This document shows, one piece after another, positions 29,581-39,393 of a DNA stretch of 64,000 nt. Every line of letters starts with the position of its first letter. Position 1 is the stretch's first letter. A program made the translations under genes and the position numbers. Source of the stretch: Nitrospirota bacterium (GTDB lineage Bacteria; Nitrospirota; UBA9217); NCBI GenBank assembly GCA_963840455.1, contig CAWIYV010000009.1, positions 1 to 64,000 of the forward strand. The letters are read 5' to 3'. The notes beneath the pieces are model-generated. The model made no database searches. It was not told the DNA's origin and worked only from the letters and a program-made list of their open reading frames with translations.

Positions 29581-29901
29581 ATGAAAAAGATCATTTTCCT
29601 AACGACCCATGATGCGGAAAACGGCTTCAGCCTCGCCGGCATCACACAACATGCCGTTAACCCGGCCGAGGTTGGCGAGGAGCTCAAGAGCATCATGGCG
29701 GAACCGGACAACGGCCTGGTCATCATTGACGAGCGGCTCGTACGGGGTGAGGTCGAGGAGCATCTGCGGGAGATGGAGCAGGGGTGGTCGGGCATCCTGC
29801 TGGTCCTCCCGTCGCCTGAGAAGCTGCCGGCGGAGGCGGAAGATTACGCGGCGCGGCTCATCCGCCGGGCCATCGGTTATCACGTGCGATTGAACGTATG
29901 A
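29581..29901 (+). CDS. ntpF: V/A-type ATPase subunit F
   Basis: GFSLAGI, GLVIIDE, IRRAIG. Confidence 0.88.
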   Translation: MKKIIFLTTHDAENGFSLAGITQHAVNPAEVGEELKSIMAEPDNGLVIIDERLVRGEVEEHLREMEQGWSGILLVLPSPEKLPAEAEDYAARLIRRAIGYHVRLNV

Positions 29902-29930
29902 GGAACCTGGAACAGGTATGGTAACGACAG

Positions 29931-29998
29931 GTCCCGACTGCGTCGGGACATACGGATAAAGGCGGTCGTAGGGTCGGCTTGTTTATTCATACCGAACC
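29931..29998. repeat. REP-like palindromes
   Basis: GTCCCGAC-tgc-GTCGGGAC (29931-29949) and GTAG-led GTAGGGTCGG..CCGAACC. Confidence 0.45.
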
Positions 29999-30048
29999 GT
30001 GTGCGGCGAAGCCGCCCGTGGTTATAGATCACTGATACAGGAGAAGGA

Positions 30049-31683
30049 ATGCGTACTGGAAAGATCCTCGGCATATCAGGTCCTACCGTGAGCGTCGATC
30101 TCAAGGGGCTCAAGCTGTACGAGCGCGTCTTCGTGGGCCACGCTCTGCTCACGGGCGAGGTGGTGCGGCTCGAGCGTGACCAAGCGGTCATCCAGGTGTA
30201 CGAGGAGACCCGCGGCCTGGGCGTGGGCGAGCCGGTAAAAGGCGTCGGCATGCCGCTCACGGTCCGCCTGGGGCCGGGGCTCATGGGCAGCATGTACGAC
30301 GGGCTCCAGCGCCCCCTGGAGCGGATGCGGCAGGAGATGGGGCCGTTCATCCGGGCGTGGAAAGAGATGTACGGACTTGATTACATGAAACGCTGGAACT
30401 TTATCCCCCACATCAAGCCGGGAGACGTGCTGTCCTACGGCATGATCATCGGTGAAGTGCAGGAGGGGGCGTTCAAACATTACATCATGTGCGGTGCCGA
30501 GAAGGGCAAGGTCGCCAGCGTCAGATCGGGCGACATCAGCCTGGATGAGCCCTTCGGCTTATTCGAGGACGGCGTGGAACTCCCGGGGTGCCATGAATGG
30601 CCGGTGCGCATGGCCCGGCCATTCCGCAAGAAGTTCGCCCCTGTGACACCGCTGGTGACGGGCCAGCGAATCATCGATTTCCTCTTCCCGCTGGCGCGCG
30701 GCGGAGCGGCCATCATCCCCGGCGGGTTCGGCACGGGCAAAACCATCTTTGAGCAGTCCGTGGCCAAGTTCGCCGATGTGGACATCGTGGTCTATGTAGG
30801 CTGCGGCGAGCGTGGGAACGAGATGGCGGACCTGATCGCAGAGTTCGAGGAGCTCGAGGACCCCTGGACCAAGCGCCGGCTCACGGAGCGCACGGTGTTG
30901 GTAGTGAACACGTCGAACATGCCCGTTGCGGCCCGCGAGGCTTCGATCTATACGGCCGTGACCATGGCCGAATACTACCGCGACATGGGGTACCATGTGC
31001 TCTTCCTTGCCGACAGCCTCTCGCGCTGGGCGGAAGCGCTGCGGGAGATATCGACATCGCTCGAAGAGATGCCGGGCGAGGAAGGATACCCGACCTACCT
31101 GGCGTCGCGCCTGTCGGCGTTCATCGAGCGGGCCGGCGTGGTGGAGACCATGAGCGGCAAGACCGGCTCCCTCAGCATGATCCTGTCGGTCTCACCGCCG
31201 GGCGGCGACTTCACCGAGCCCGTGACCCAGGCGTGCCTCCGCACTACCGGAGCTTTCTTCATGCTCGATACATCATTGGCCCACCGCCGGCATTTTCCGG
31301 CAATCAACTGGTTCCAGAGCTACTCCCTCTACAGCAAAGAGCTGTCCAGCCATTTCTGTCGTGAGGTCGCGCCCGAATGGGAGGACCTCCGGCAGCGCTG
31401 CAACCACCTCCTGCAGCAGGAGGAATCCATTCGCGAGGTCGCCGAGATCGTCGGCATCGAGGGGCTGCAGGACGCGGACCGGCTGGTCATGCGCATCGCC
31501 GAGCGCATCCGGAATGAGTTCCTGGGCCAGAATGCCTACAGCGACGATGCGTTCTCCCCGCCGAAGAAGACCCTGGAGCTCATCAAGTCCATCGTGGAGT
31601 TCCATGACCGTGCTGCGGAGAAGTTGAAGCAGGGAATATCGCTGGACGAAGCGATGAAAGAAACAGGAGCAAGTGGCAAGTAG
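30049..31683 (+). CDS. ntpA: V/A-type ATPase catalytic subunit A
   Basis: GGFGTGKT, GCGERGNE, NTSNMPVAAREAS, DSLSRWAEALRE, SPPGGDFTEPV; 544 aa, shorter than typical. Confidence 0.97.
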   Translation: MRTGKILGISGPTVSVDLKGLKLYERVFVGHALLTGEVVRLERDQAVIQVYEETRGLGVGEPVKGVGMPLTVRLGPGLMGSMYDGLQRPLERMRQEMGPFIRAWKEMYGLDYMKRWNFIPHIKPGDVLSYGMIIGEVQEGAFKHYIMCGAEKGKVASVRSGDISLDEPFGLFEDGVELPGCHEWPVRMARPFRKKFAPVTPLVTGQRIIDFLFPLARGGAAIIPGGFGTGKTIFEQSVAKFADVDIVVYVGCGERGNEMADLIAEFEELEDPWTKRRLTERTVLVVNTSNMPVAAREASIYTAVTMAEYYRDMGYHVLFLADSLSRWAEALREISTSLEEMPGEEGYPTYLASRLSAFIERAGVVETMSGKTGSLSMILSVSPPGGDFTEPVTQACLRTTGAFFMLDTSLAHRRHFPAINWFQSYSLYSKELSSHFCREVAPEWEDLRQRCNHLLQQEESIREVAEIVGIEGLQDADRLVMRIAERIRNEFLGQNAYSDDAFSPPKKTLELIKSIVEFHDRAAEKLKQGISLDEAMKETGASGK

Positions 31684-31880
31684 TCAGGAGCCAGAAGCCG
31701 AAAGCCAGAAGAGAGGCAAAGACGTGAAGTGCTGTTCTCCTGAATCAAGGAGCGAGTGCATTCCCCGCAGCTTGCCGCGGGGTTAGCGAACGATTAGGAT
31801 AAACATACTACTCTGAGGATCGAAGATTCCCCGCGGCTTATGCAGGGAGCTTCAATTCCGGGTCCTGACTCTTGTATTCT
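31682..31880. repeat. inverted heptamer repeat (AGyCAGr / yCTGrCT) interrupted by a mobile element
   Basis: AGTCAGG AGCCAGA AGCCGAA AGCCAGA left; TTCTCCTGAA[element]TTCCGGG TCCTGAC TCTTGTA TTCT right. Confidence 0.6.
31740..31855 (+). mobile_element. full-length, diverged copy of the IS200/IS605-like element
   Basis: CTGAA|TCAAGGAGCGAGTGCATTCCCCGCAGCTTGCCGCGGGG..GCAGGGAGCTTCAA. Confidence 0.85.
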
Positions 31881-31891
31881 GAGGTTCATTC

Positions 31892-33223
31892 ATGAGATTA
31901 TCAGAACATACCTACAAGACCATTTCGACCATTGCAGGGCCGCTCCTGTTCGTGGAGAACGTCCAGGCGGCCAGGATCGGCGAGGTCGTACGGGTCGTTA
32001 TGCCCGACGGCAGGACGACCGACGCCGAGGTGCTCGAGATCGACGGCGAGACTGTGCTGGTCGAGGTCTACGGCACCACGCAGGGGATGGACATCGAGAG
32101 GACCACGGTCACCTTCACCGACGCCATCAAGAAGGTGCCGCTTTCCCCGGACATCGTGGGCAGGATCTTCAACGGCTCCTTTGTACCAAAGGACAACGCG
32201 CCCCTGTTCATCCCGGAAAAGTGGATGCCACTCACCGGAGCACCCATGAACCCCGCGGCCCGCGCGCGGCCCGCTGATTTCATCGAGACCGGCATCACCG
32301 CCATCGACGGGTTGAACACCCTCGTGCGGGGGCAGAAGCTCCCGGTCTTTTCCTGCGCCGGGCTCCCGTCGAAGGAGGCCGTGGCCTACATCCTGAGGAA
32401 CGCGCGGCTCGCTCAGGCGGACCGCAGCTTCGTCGTCGTATTCGCCGCACTGGGGCTCACCTTCCATGAGTACTCGTTCTACCAGAAGGTGCTGGACGAG
32501 ATGCAGACGGGCTTCGTGGCATTCGTGAACATGGCCGACGAACCGGTGATGGAGCGTCTGCTCGCCCCGCGGTTCGCCCTCACCGTAGCGGAGTACCTGG
32601 CCTTCGAGAAGAACATGGACGTCCTGGTCATCATCACCGACATGACGAACTACTGCGACGCCCTGCGCGAGATCTCCACAGCGCGCGAGGAACTACCCGG
32701 CCGGCGCGGCTACCCCGGCTACATGTACTCGGACCTGGCATCGCTCTACGAGCGGGCGGGCCGCATCCGGGAACGGGAAGGGTCCGTCACCATGCTGCCG
32801 GTGGTCACCATGCCCGAGGACGACATCACCCATCCTATCCCGGACCTCACCGGCTACATCACCGAGGGGCAAATCGTTCTATCCCGCGAGCTGCACCAGA
32901 AAGGTGTGTTCCCACCCATCGACGTCCTACCAAGCCTGTCGCGGCTCATGCAGAAAGGCATCGGCGAAGGCAGGACGCGCAAGGACCACCGGAACGTTGC
33001 GAATCACCTCTATAAGTACTATGCCAAGGGCAGGGACCTGAGGCGGCTCGAGTCCATCGTGGGCAGGGACGGCATGACCAAGGCCGATGCGCTGATGCTC
33101 GATTTCGCCGACGCCTTCGAACGCGAGGTCATCGGCCAGGGAACATTGCGACGCACCGTGCAGGAAAGTCTGGACGCGGGGCTCACCCTCATGCAGCGGT
33201 TCAAGCTCGAGGTAAAGGCTTGA
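31892..33223 (+). CDS. ntpB: V/A-type ATPase subunit B
   Basis: IAGPLLFV, RGQKLPVFS, TDMTNYCDALRE, PGRRGYPGYMYSDL, THPIPDLTGYITEGQ. Confidence 0.97.
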   Translation: MRLSEHTYKTISTIAGPLLFVENVQAARIGEVVRVVMPDGRTTDAEVLEIDGETVLVEVYGTTQGMDIERTTVTFTDAIKKVPLSPDIVGRIFNGSFVPKDNAPLFIPEKWMPLTGAPMNPAARARPADFIETGITAIDGLNTLVRGQKLPVFSCAGLPSKEAVAYILRNARLAQADRSFVVVFAALGLTFHEYSFYQKVLDEMQTGFVAFVNMADEPVMERLLAPRFALTVAEYLAFEKNMDVLVIITDMTNYCDALREISTAREELPGRRGYPGYMYSDLASLYERAGRIREREGSVTMLPVVTMPEDDITHPIPDLTGYITEGQIVLSRELHQKGVFPPIDVLPSLSRLMQKGIGEGRTRKDHRNVANHLYKYYAKGRDLRRLESIVGRDGMTKADALMLDFADAFEREVIGQGTLRRTVQESLDAGLTLMQRFKLEVKA

Positions 33224-34491
33224 GGTCTTTGCGTGTCCTTATGCTATTCCTTCTGGCCGCAGTCCTGGCGGGTCCATCCGTACAGGCGGCTCCGGCGGAG
33301 CAGGGGGCGGTCATCACGCTCTTCTGGGGCGAGGGATGTCCGCACTGCGAGCGGGAGAAGGTGTTTCTGAAAGATCTCGGGAAGAAGCATCCCGGCCTCC
33401 GGGTCAGGGACTACGAGGTCTGGAAGAACAAGGGCAACGGCGCACTCTACAAGCAGGTCCTGCGTACGGCCGGCATCAAGCAGGCGGGCGTTCCCACAAC
33501 CGTGGTGGGCACTGCGGTGTTCATGGGATTCAACGATCAAACGAGGAGGAGTATTGAGGAAGCCGTGAGCAGGTGCGTGCGAGACGGATGTCCGGACGGT
33601 GTTGCGGAGCTAAGCAAGCGGGAGTTGGCGCAAAATGCGGAAACAACGGGTATCGTGCGCATTCCATTCCTGGGCAGCATCGACCCAGCATCGGTGTCAC
33701 TGCCGGTCTTCACCATCATCATCGGAGCGCTGGACAGCTTCAATCCCTGCGCCTTCTTCGTCCTGCTGTTCCTGCTGAGCCTGCTGATCCATGCCCGGTC
33801 TCGGAAACGCATGTTCCTGATCGGTGGCATCTTCGTGCTCTTCTCGGGCCTCATCTACTTCTTGTTCATGGCCGCATGGCTCAACGTGTTCCTGGTCGTG
33901 GGCCAGATCGCGGCGATCACAGTAGCCGGCGGAATTGTCGCATTAGCTGTCGGGGGCATCAACGTGAAGGACTTCTTCTTGTTCAAACAGGGAGTATCGC
34001 TGGTGATCCCGGAATCGGCGAAGCCGAAGCTCTTCGAGCGGATGCGGGGTCTTTTGAAGGCCCCGACCATGCCCGCCATGATCGCCGGGACCATTGTCCT
34101 CGCCATCTCGGCGAACGCCTACGAGCTGCTGTGCACGGCCGGGTTCCCCATGGTCTACACCCGCGTGCTGACACTGCACAAACTCTCTTCCTTTCAATAC
34201 TACCAGTACCTCGTTCTGTACAACATCGTCTATGTCGTTCCCCTGGCCGTCATCGTTGCCGTCATCACGGTCACGCTGGGCGTCAGGAAACTGACCGAAT
34301 GGCAGGGGCGGCAGCTAAAGCTCGTATCAGGGCTGATGATGCTGTCGCTGGGGGCGGTGCTCATCGTGAACCCGGCGCTTCTGAACAACGCACTGGCCTC
34401 GGTCGTGATGCTGGCGGGAGTGCTCGCCGCCTCAGCGGTCATCATCATCGCGATGAAGTCGATGAGGCCGGAAATAGTGAAGCAGGTTTAA
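33220..34491 (+). CDS. exported glutaredoxin/thioredoxin domain fused to CcdA/DsbD-like membrane domain
   Basis: Signal peptide, GCPHC, GVPT cis-Pro, TM Cys motifs DSFNPCAF and ELLCTAG; TTG start overlapping the subunit B stop. Confidence 0.82.
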   Translation: MRSLRVLMLFLLAAVLAGPSVQAAPAEQGAVITLFWGEGCPHCEREKVFLKDLGKKHPGLRVRDYEVWKNKGNGALYKQVLRTAGIKQAGVPTTVVGTAVFMGFNDQTRRSIEEAVSRCVRDGCPDGVAELSKRELAQNAETTGIVRIPFLGSIDPASVSLPVFTIIIGALDSFNPCAFFVLLFLLSLLIHARSRKRMFLIGGIFVLFSGLIYFLFMAAWLNVFLVVGQIAAITVAGGIVALAVGGINVKDFFLFKQGVSLVIPESAKPKLFERMRGLLKAPTMPAMIAGTIVLAISANAYELLCTAGFPMVYTRVLTLHKLSSFQYYQYLVLYNIVYVVPLAVIVAVITVTLGVRKLTEWQGRQLKLVSGLMMLSLGAVLIVNPALLNNALASVVMLAGVLAASAVIIIAMKSMRPEIVKQV

Positions 34492-34565
34492 TGTTCAAGG
34501 TTTAAAGGTCAAAGAAGCGATGGCAGCATCTTACCTTGAACATTAAACATTGAACTTTGAATTGA
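34492..34565. repeat. inverted heptamer repeat (GTTCAAG / CTTGAAC)
   Basis: GTTCAAG GTTTAAA GGTCAAA..CTTGAAC ATTAAAC ATTGAAC TTTGAAT. Confidence 0.65.
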
Positions 34566-34574
34566 GCGAAGCTT

Positions 34575-35222
34575 ATGATCCATCCCACAAGAACCAACCT
34601 GCTGATGCTGAAGGAGAAGTCACGGTCCATCGTGAACAGCATTGGCATCCTGAAGGCCCGCAAGCAGGCGCTCATCAAGGAGTTCCTGGCTGCCACGCTG
34701 CCCTTCCTGCGCTCGCGCGAAGAGATCAAGAAGTCCTACGGCAGGGCCATCCGGGAGCTGGCCATCTCGCTGGGGCGCGAGGGCAAGGACACGATCGAAT
34801 CCCTCGCCGTTGCCACCGAGCGGGATTTCGGCATCGAGGTGAAGGAAAAGAGCATCTGGGGGCTCCGGTACAAGGACATCGCCTACCACGACACGCCGGT
34901 ACGGCAGCCGGACGAACGGGGATACGACGAGTCCGCCACGACCCCGCACCTCGACGACAGCGTCAATCTCTTCGAGAAGCTGCTGGAGTCCATGCTGACC
35001 ATCGCGGAGTACGAGAGCAAACTCAAGCGGCTGGGGGACGAGATCGTGAAGACCACGCGGAGGATCAAGGTGCTCGAGGAAATGGTTTTGCCGGGCATCA
35101 AGCGCCAGATCAGGTCTATTGGCCAGTACATCGGGGAGCGCGAGCGGGAGGCCTTCTACCGGCTGAAGCGGGTGAAGAGCATCCTGGAGCGGAAGGCGGA
35201 GCTTGTGAAGGCGAGGGGTTGA
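34575..35222 (+). CDS. ntpD: V/A-type ATPase subunit D
   Basis: PTRTNLL, ILKARKQAL, KTTRRIKVLE, EREREAFYRLK. Confidence 0.95.
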   Translation: MIHPTRTNLLMLKEKSRSIVNSIGILKARKQALIKEFLAATLPFLRSREEIKKSYGRAIRELAISLGREGKDTIESLAVATERDFGIEVKEKSIWGLRYKDIAYHDTPVRQPDERGYDESATTPHLDDSVNLFEKLLESMLTIAEYESKLKRLGDEIVKTTRRIKVLEEMVLPGIKRQIRSIGQYIGEREREAFYRLKRVKSILERKAELVKARG

Positions 35223-35302
35223 AAGGTTCGGAAGGATGACGCCATGAACCCAGTATTTCTGGCCCTTGGCTGTACCACTTGAACGTTGAACTTTGAACGT
35301 TT
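35217..35302. repeat. heptamer repeat of the TTGAAC family
   Basis: GGTTTGAAAGGTTCG..CTTGAAC GTTGAAC TTTGAAC. Confidence 0.55.
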
Positions 35303-35308
35303 TTTTCC

Positions 35309-35764
35309 CTACAGCAGCTTTTCATCTACCAGCTCGAACCACCTCACCACCTTGACCTTGCCGTGCTCCGCCGCGAACTTCTCCGCCCGCGCCTTGTCCT
35401 TGAACGCCACGATACCGTAGCCCATGGGTGTTCTGACATCCGATGTGAGAACGAAGAACGCCTTCTCCGCTAATACGGCTTCCTCCGTCACATAATCGTA
35501 AACAACAGCATTGCTGTCGAACGTCATCTGCCGGGTGGCGCACTCGCTGTTCCGCGAGGCAACGGCGCAGCCGATGTCATCATACGACGAGGGACCCATG
35601 CCCGACACGTTCGGCAGAAACACGGAAAATTTCCTGTCCGCCTCGTCGATCATCATGTTGCTTTGACTGCAGACAGCGGCTTTCTTCGGCTCTGCGGCAC
35701 GGGCGGTGAGCGTCGCCAGAAAAAGGACCGGGAGGATGAGAATGAGTGGATGCTTGCTAAACAT
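35309..35764 (-). CDS. NosL-family exported metal (Cu) binding protein
   Basis: Signal peptide, CSQSNM, YDDIGC, TPMGYGIVAF. Confidence 0.75.
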   Translation of the reverse strand: MFSKHPLILILPVLFLATLTARAAEPKKAAVCSQSNMMIDEADRKFSVFLPNVSGMGPSSYDDIGCAVASRNSECATRQMTFDSNAVVYDYVTEEAVLAEKAFFVLTSDVRTPMGYGIVAFKDKARAEKFAAEHGKVKVVRWFELVDEKLL

Positions 35765-36126
35765 GGATGCCTCCGAAAAAGTATGAGCTTTATACCGAGC
35801 TGCCGGGCAGTGAAACGGTAATGACGGATGAGAGGGCCAATGACGAGCTCATACGCCGCACATCCGCCGGCGTGGAACGCCGGGTTAGAATACCATTGTC
35901 AGGTTCCGCTCTGCTCTGTCCGACCAACGCAACGATTGTCAGTGACCGGGTCCCTTTGATCTTTGTGGTCAGCAATGTTGTCGGAGAGACAATTACCCTG
36001 GAATTCTTCGGGGCTATTCGTGGTGATCAACACAGGGATGCGTACGCGGCATCCAGGAAGAAAGTTCTCCCTTATTGGTGCCGAACAACGCTATCAGATA
36101 TCCCTAATAAAATCAAGAAAACATGC

Positions 36127-36155
36127 AAAAAAAGCCCCTCAATCGAGGGGCTTTT
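36127..36155 (-). terminator. intrinsic terminator after the cytochrome gene
   Basis: AAAAGCCCCTC-aatc-GAGGGGCTTTT with A7 run (T-tract on minus strand). Confidence 0.8.
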
Positions 36156-36174
36156 GATCTGGCCTTAGGGATCG

Positions 36175-38593
36175 CTATTCCCATCCGTCTGATACGACCT
36201 TCTGCGCTCTGTTGTACGGGAACTTTTCCATGAGCTTGTTGATGGGCAGTTTCTCGTCTCCCGCCCTCATGAAATGGAGCAGGGCCACCGATGCCCAGTA
36301 ATCATGATAATACTTCGTTCCCTCAAGCTGGACCGGGACTCCCTTGGCATTCACCCGGTGGCATGCTGCGCAGGTGACCGGGCCTGAGTATTTCCCGTCG
36401 GGGCTGAACTGGAGCGCCTGCTGATGAGTCGTGACATCGACCGTCTTGTTCGGGCCTTCATCGCGGACAGGATACAGCCCGTGGATCGACTCATGGCAGG
36501 ACTGGCAGGCGATGGTCCCGTGCGCCTTTGAGTATCGGTAGAGCGAATACTTGTTCGGCTGGTCGATGGGGAAGTAGGCGCCGCCTTCACTCTCGACAAA
36601 GGGTGCAAGGTGGCAGTCGGCGCAGTGCGGCTCGCCTGCGGCAAGCCACCAGTCCTTGCCCGGCAGAGGCGCCGTCGTAGGGCACCGGGTCGCCTTCCTT
36701 CGCGTTCCAGGCGAGGAGTTTGAGCTTACCCGCCGCGTCCTTGGAGGCACGCACGAGCGTCGCGCCCGTGTGCTTTCCATAGAAGGAGAACAGCGGGTCT
36801 CCCTCGGCGCCGACGACGGGGTCGGCGAAGTAGGTCTTGAACTTCTTCTCATCGTTGTTGGCCACGGTCTTCACGATCTCCGCGAGCGGCTTGTTCCGCA
36901 GGGTCTTGCCCTCCTGGGTGGCTACATTCATGAGATCGTCGAAGTTGTACAGCTCATGGGCAAGCTGGTTATGGCAGTTCGAGCAGTACAACCCCCTCAT
37001 CTCTTTAACAGTCTTTCCCATCTCGTCCTTCATGCTCACTTCCCTGAGATACCACTTCCCGAGCTGGTTCAGGAAGAAAGGCGGCTTGACCGCGGGGTTC
37101 GTGTGAGCGTCCCGCCGGAGATAGCAGCCGCCGCCGGCAATGCGCAGATCGGAATTCGTGAAGCTCGGGTTGCCCTCCTCATCGACGATTGCGAAGGGGT
37201 TCCTGCCGGGCGTGTTCATCTCCCGCACCTGCCAGTGCGTGGGATGGCAAGCCTGGCAGCTCTGGGTCCTTCCCGCCTTGTCCGGCATGGGAACGAACGA
37301 GGCATGGGCAGCGTGGATCGCTTCGGTGAGGGGCTTTGCCTTCACTGCCTTGTATCCCGTTGCGCCGGGCCGCGGCATTTGGAGGTTGCCCGATACGTTG
37401 TCGCCGTGGCAGTCAGCGCAGTTGACCGGGCCGTTCGATCCGAGCCGGTTCGATGAGGCCCCAGAGTTATAGGACTTCAGGAACGTGGTGCCGTTGTGCT
37501 TGTCGTGCAGCTCCAGAATGTTTATGGAGGCCTGCGATAGTCTGGCCATGAAATCCGTCATGTCGGCGTAATTCTTCTTCCAGTAGTCGTATTCTTTGTC
37601 GAAGAGTGTGAGGCCTTCCTCGCGGGAGAGCTTTGCAGCCCGTCCTTGTCCCGAATGGCAGGTGTAGCAGTTCGGCATATCAACGGGGTTGGTGCCAAAG
37701 AACTCCACGGGCTTTCCCTTTGTGAGCACAGGCTTGCCCGCCTTGTCGCGGAGCTGTACCTGGGAGTACTGGTAGGGCTGAAAATCGGCTGTGGAGATGC
37801 CGCGCAGCGTGCCTTTCCTCGCGCTGTCGTTGAAGGCAGTGAGCGGCAGGCCGAGGGCGTCCCAGAGGTATGACGAGGTAAGGGTGAGCGGAATGTTCTT
37901 CACTTCGGGTATCAGCGAATCGGTAAAGACCTTGTTCCCGCCGCTGCTACCGGCGTAGGCAAGATATCCTCCCGCGAGGCTTTTGCCTGACGGACCCGAA
38001 TCGACCGGCACCTGGATCTCCTTGCCCACATGCAGTCGCTTGGCCTCGGTCCAGTCTGGCGGGATTGTCCCTTCGAGGTCCTGGTAGATGAAGAGATGGG
38101 TCCAGACGTAGTTCGCCATGTTGTCACCGGGCTTGTCCATTTTGCCGTCGCCGTGGACGTCCTTGGACACTTCCCAATAGCGCATCTTGTTCCCTTCGCT
38201 GTAGCTGTTGTCGCGGACGGTGTAATAGAGCTGCAGCCCGTCATCCGGCGAAAGGAGATGAGGAAGTCCCCCCTTCACTCCGGTCCTAATTGCCTGGGCC
38301 TGGATGCTGTTGTAGGGCGGGATGACGCAGCAGTAGGAGATGTCGAAGCCCACGCAGTGCATGCCGAGTTCGTAGTTGATGAATATGGCGTAGGGGTCCC
38401 GCGGGTCATAGAGCGTCACGGGCGTTCCCGATCGGTCCTTGGCCGGGACCTTCTTCAAGGCTGTAAGTTTGAACAGTGGGCCCTTTGCGTTCGAATCAGC
38501 CTGCTGCGAGCCGGCAAAGGGGGAAGAATAGAGAAGAACAGCGGCGAGCGATAGCAGCAGCAACGCAGTACCGTAAATCCATTTCCTTTTCAT
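36175..38593 (-). pseudogene. multiheme cytochrome c (7 CxxCH), split by a 1-nt frameshift near 36660
   Basis: Signal peptide, NYELGMHC, CYTCH, CADCH, CQACH, CSNCH in the 668-aa frame; CADCH, CQSCH, CAACH in the overlapping frame; removing one G from GCCGGGCAAG joins ..ASA to GKDWW.. Confidence 0.8.
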
Positions 38594-39113
38594 AATTGCA
38601 CCTCCTCAAGGTGGATGACCTGTGGCTCCGTCTGAGGCCACGACAGTATTTACGCTCGACCGGAAAAGAAGTTCTCGATGAATGCCTTGGGGATACAGCT
38701 TGGCACGTCTTCCGGCGGACGATTCTGGCATAAGCAAAGACGTATCATAGGACTGCCATACTATAGTATTCAGTTCGCAAAAGTCGTTATGTGCACGGCA
38801 TTGGGAGATAATATTAAATATAGCAGATATCTGACCGAGAGAGGATCGACGGCTATTATAAAAGTGGCAGGAATGAATTGGCAGCCGGATCAATATCCGG
38901 CTGTCTTTGATACGCGCTGATGCAATGGGGACATTATGGAAGGGGCATGTCGCGCAAACGGATCTCCGCGATCATTTTGTGGGTGTTAGTGATCTTAGAC
39001 GTAGCTTTATTCAGGCGCATACAACTCCTTAATACTCTGCAATTTCCGGAAGACTCAACTGCCGGGACTTTCATAGCAAAAAGGAGTGATCATCGGCACA
39101 CTGCTGGGCCAAC

Positions 39114-39326
39114 TTACTTTTTCATTAATGAGGCGGCCTTCATGATCAGCAATATCCAAGGTATCCCGTGATAGGCGAGGTCGAACCAGTCGATCGGCCG
39201 TTTGAGTGTGCCATCCTTCAGCATCACCAGCTTCTCCCAGATGTGCGGCGGAAAGAAGGGCGCCAGGCCCAGCGTCAGGCAGGCGATGATCAGTAATCCC
39301 CAGGGAATCTTATCCAGAAATTGCAT
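39114..39326 (-). CDS. small conserved membrane protein
   Basis: LTLGLAPFFPPHIWEKL..RPIDWFDLAYHG pattern; AGGA RBS. Confidence 0.7.
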   Translation of the reverse strand: MQFLDKIPWGLLIIACLTLGLAPFFPPHIWEKLVMLKDGTLKRPIDWFDLAYHGIPWILLIMKAASLMKK

Positions 39327-39393
39327 GGTTTTCCTTTGCGCCCTTTGCGTCTTTGCAAGATACGATGTTGCTTCTAACCGTGTACATCCGTGG

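Noticed and set aside
35767-36168. 133-aa ORF or PilZ-like remnant between nosL and the cytochrome
   Set aside because: Runs through a terminator, has no RBS and only a vague ERRxR motif; may be a decayed fragment but is unsupported.
36587-36700. Selenocysteine read-through or programmed frameshift in the cytochrome
   Set aside because: The downstream hemes are in a different frame, so TGA read-through would not join them, and only a G3 run is present at the junction.
38594-39113. Riboswitch or sigma54 promoter upstream of the cytochrome
   Set aside because: Only one hairpin (CAGCCGGAT-caat-ATCCGGCTG, 38882-38903); no GEMM-type motif and no correctly spaced GG-N10-GC on the coding strand. 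An Rfam scan would be decisive.
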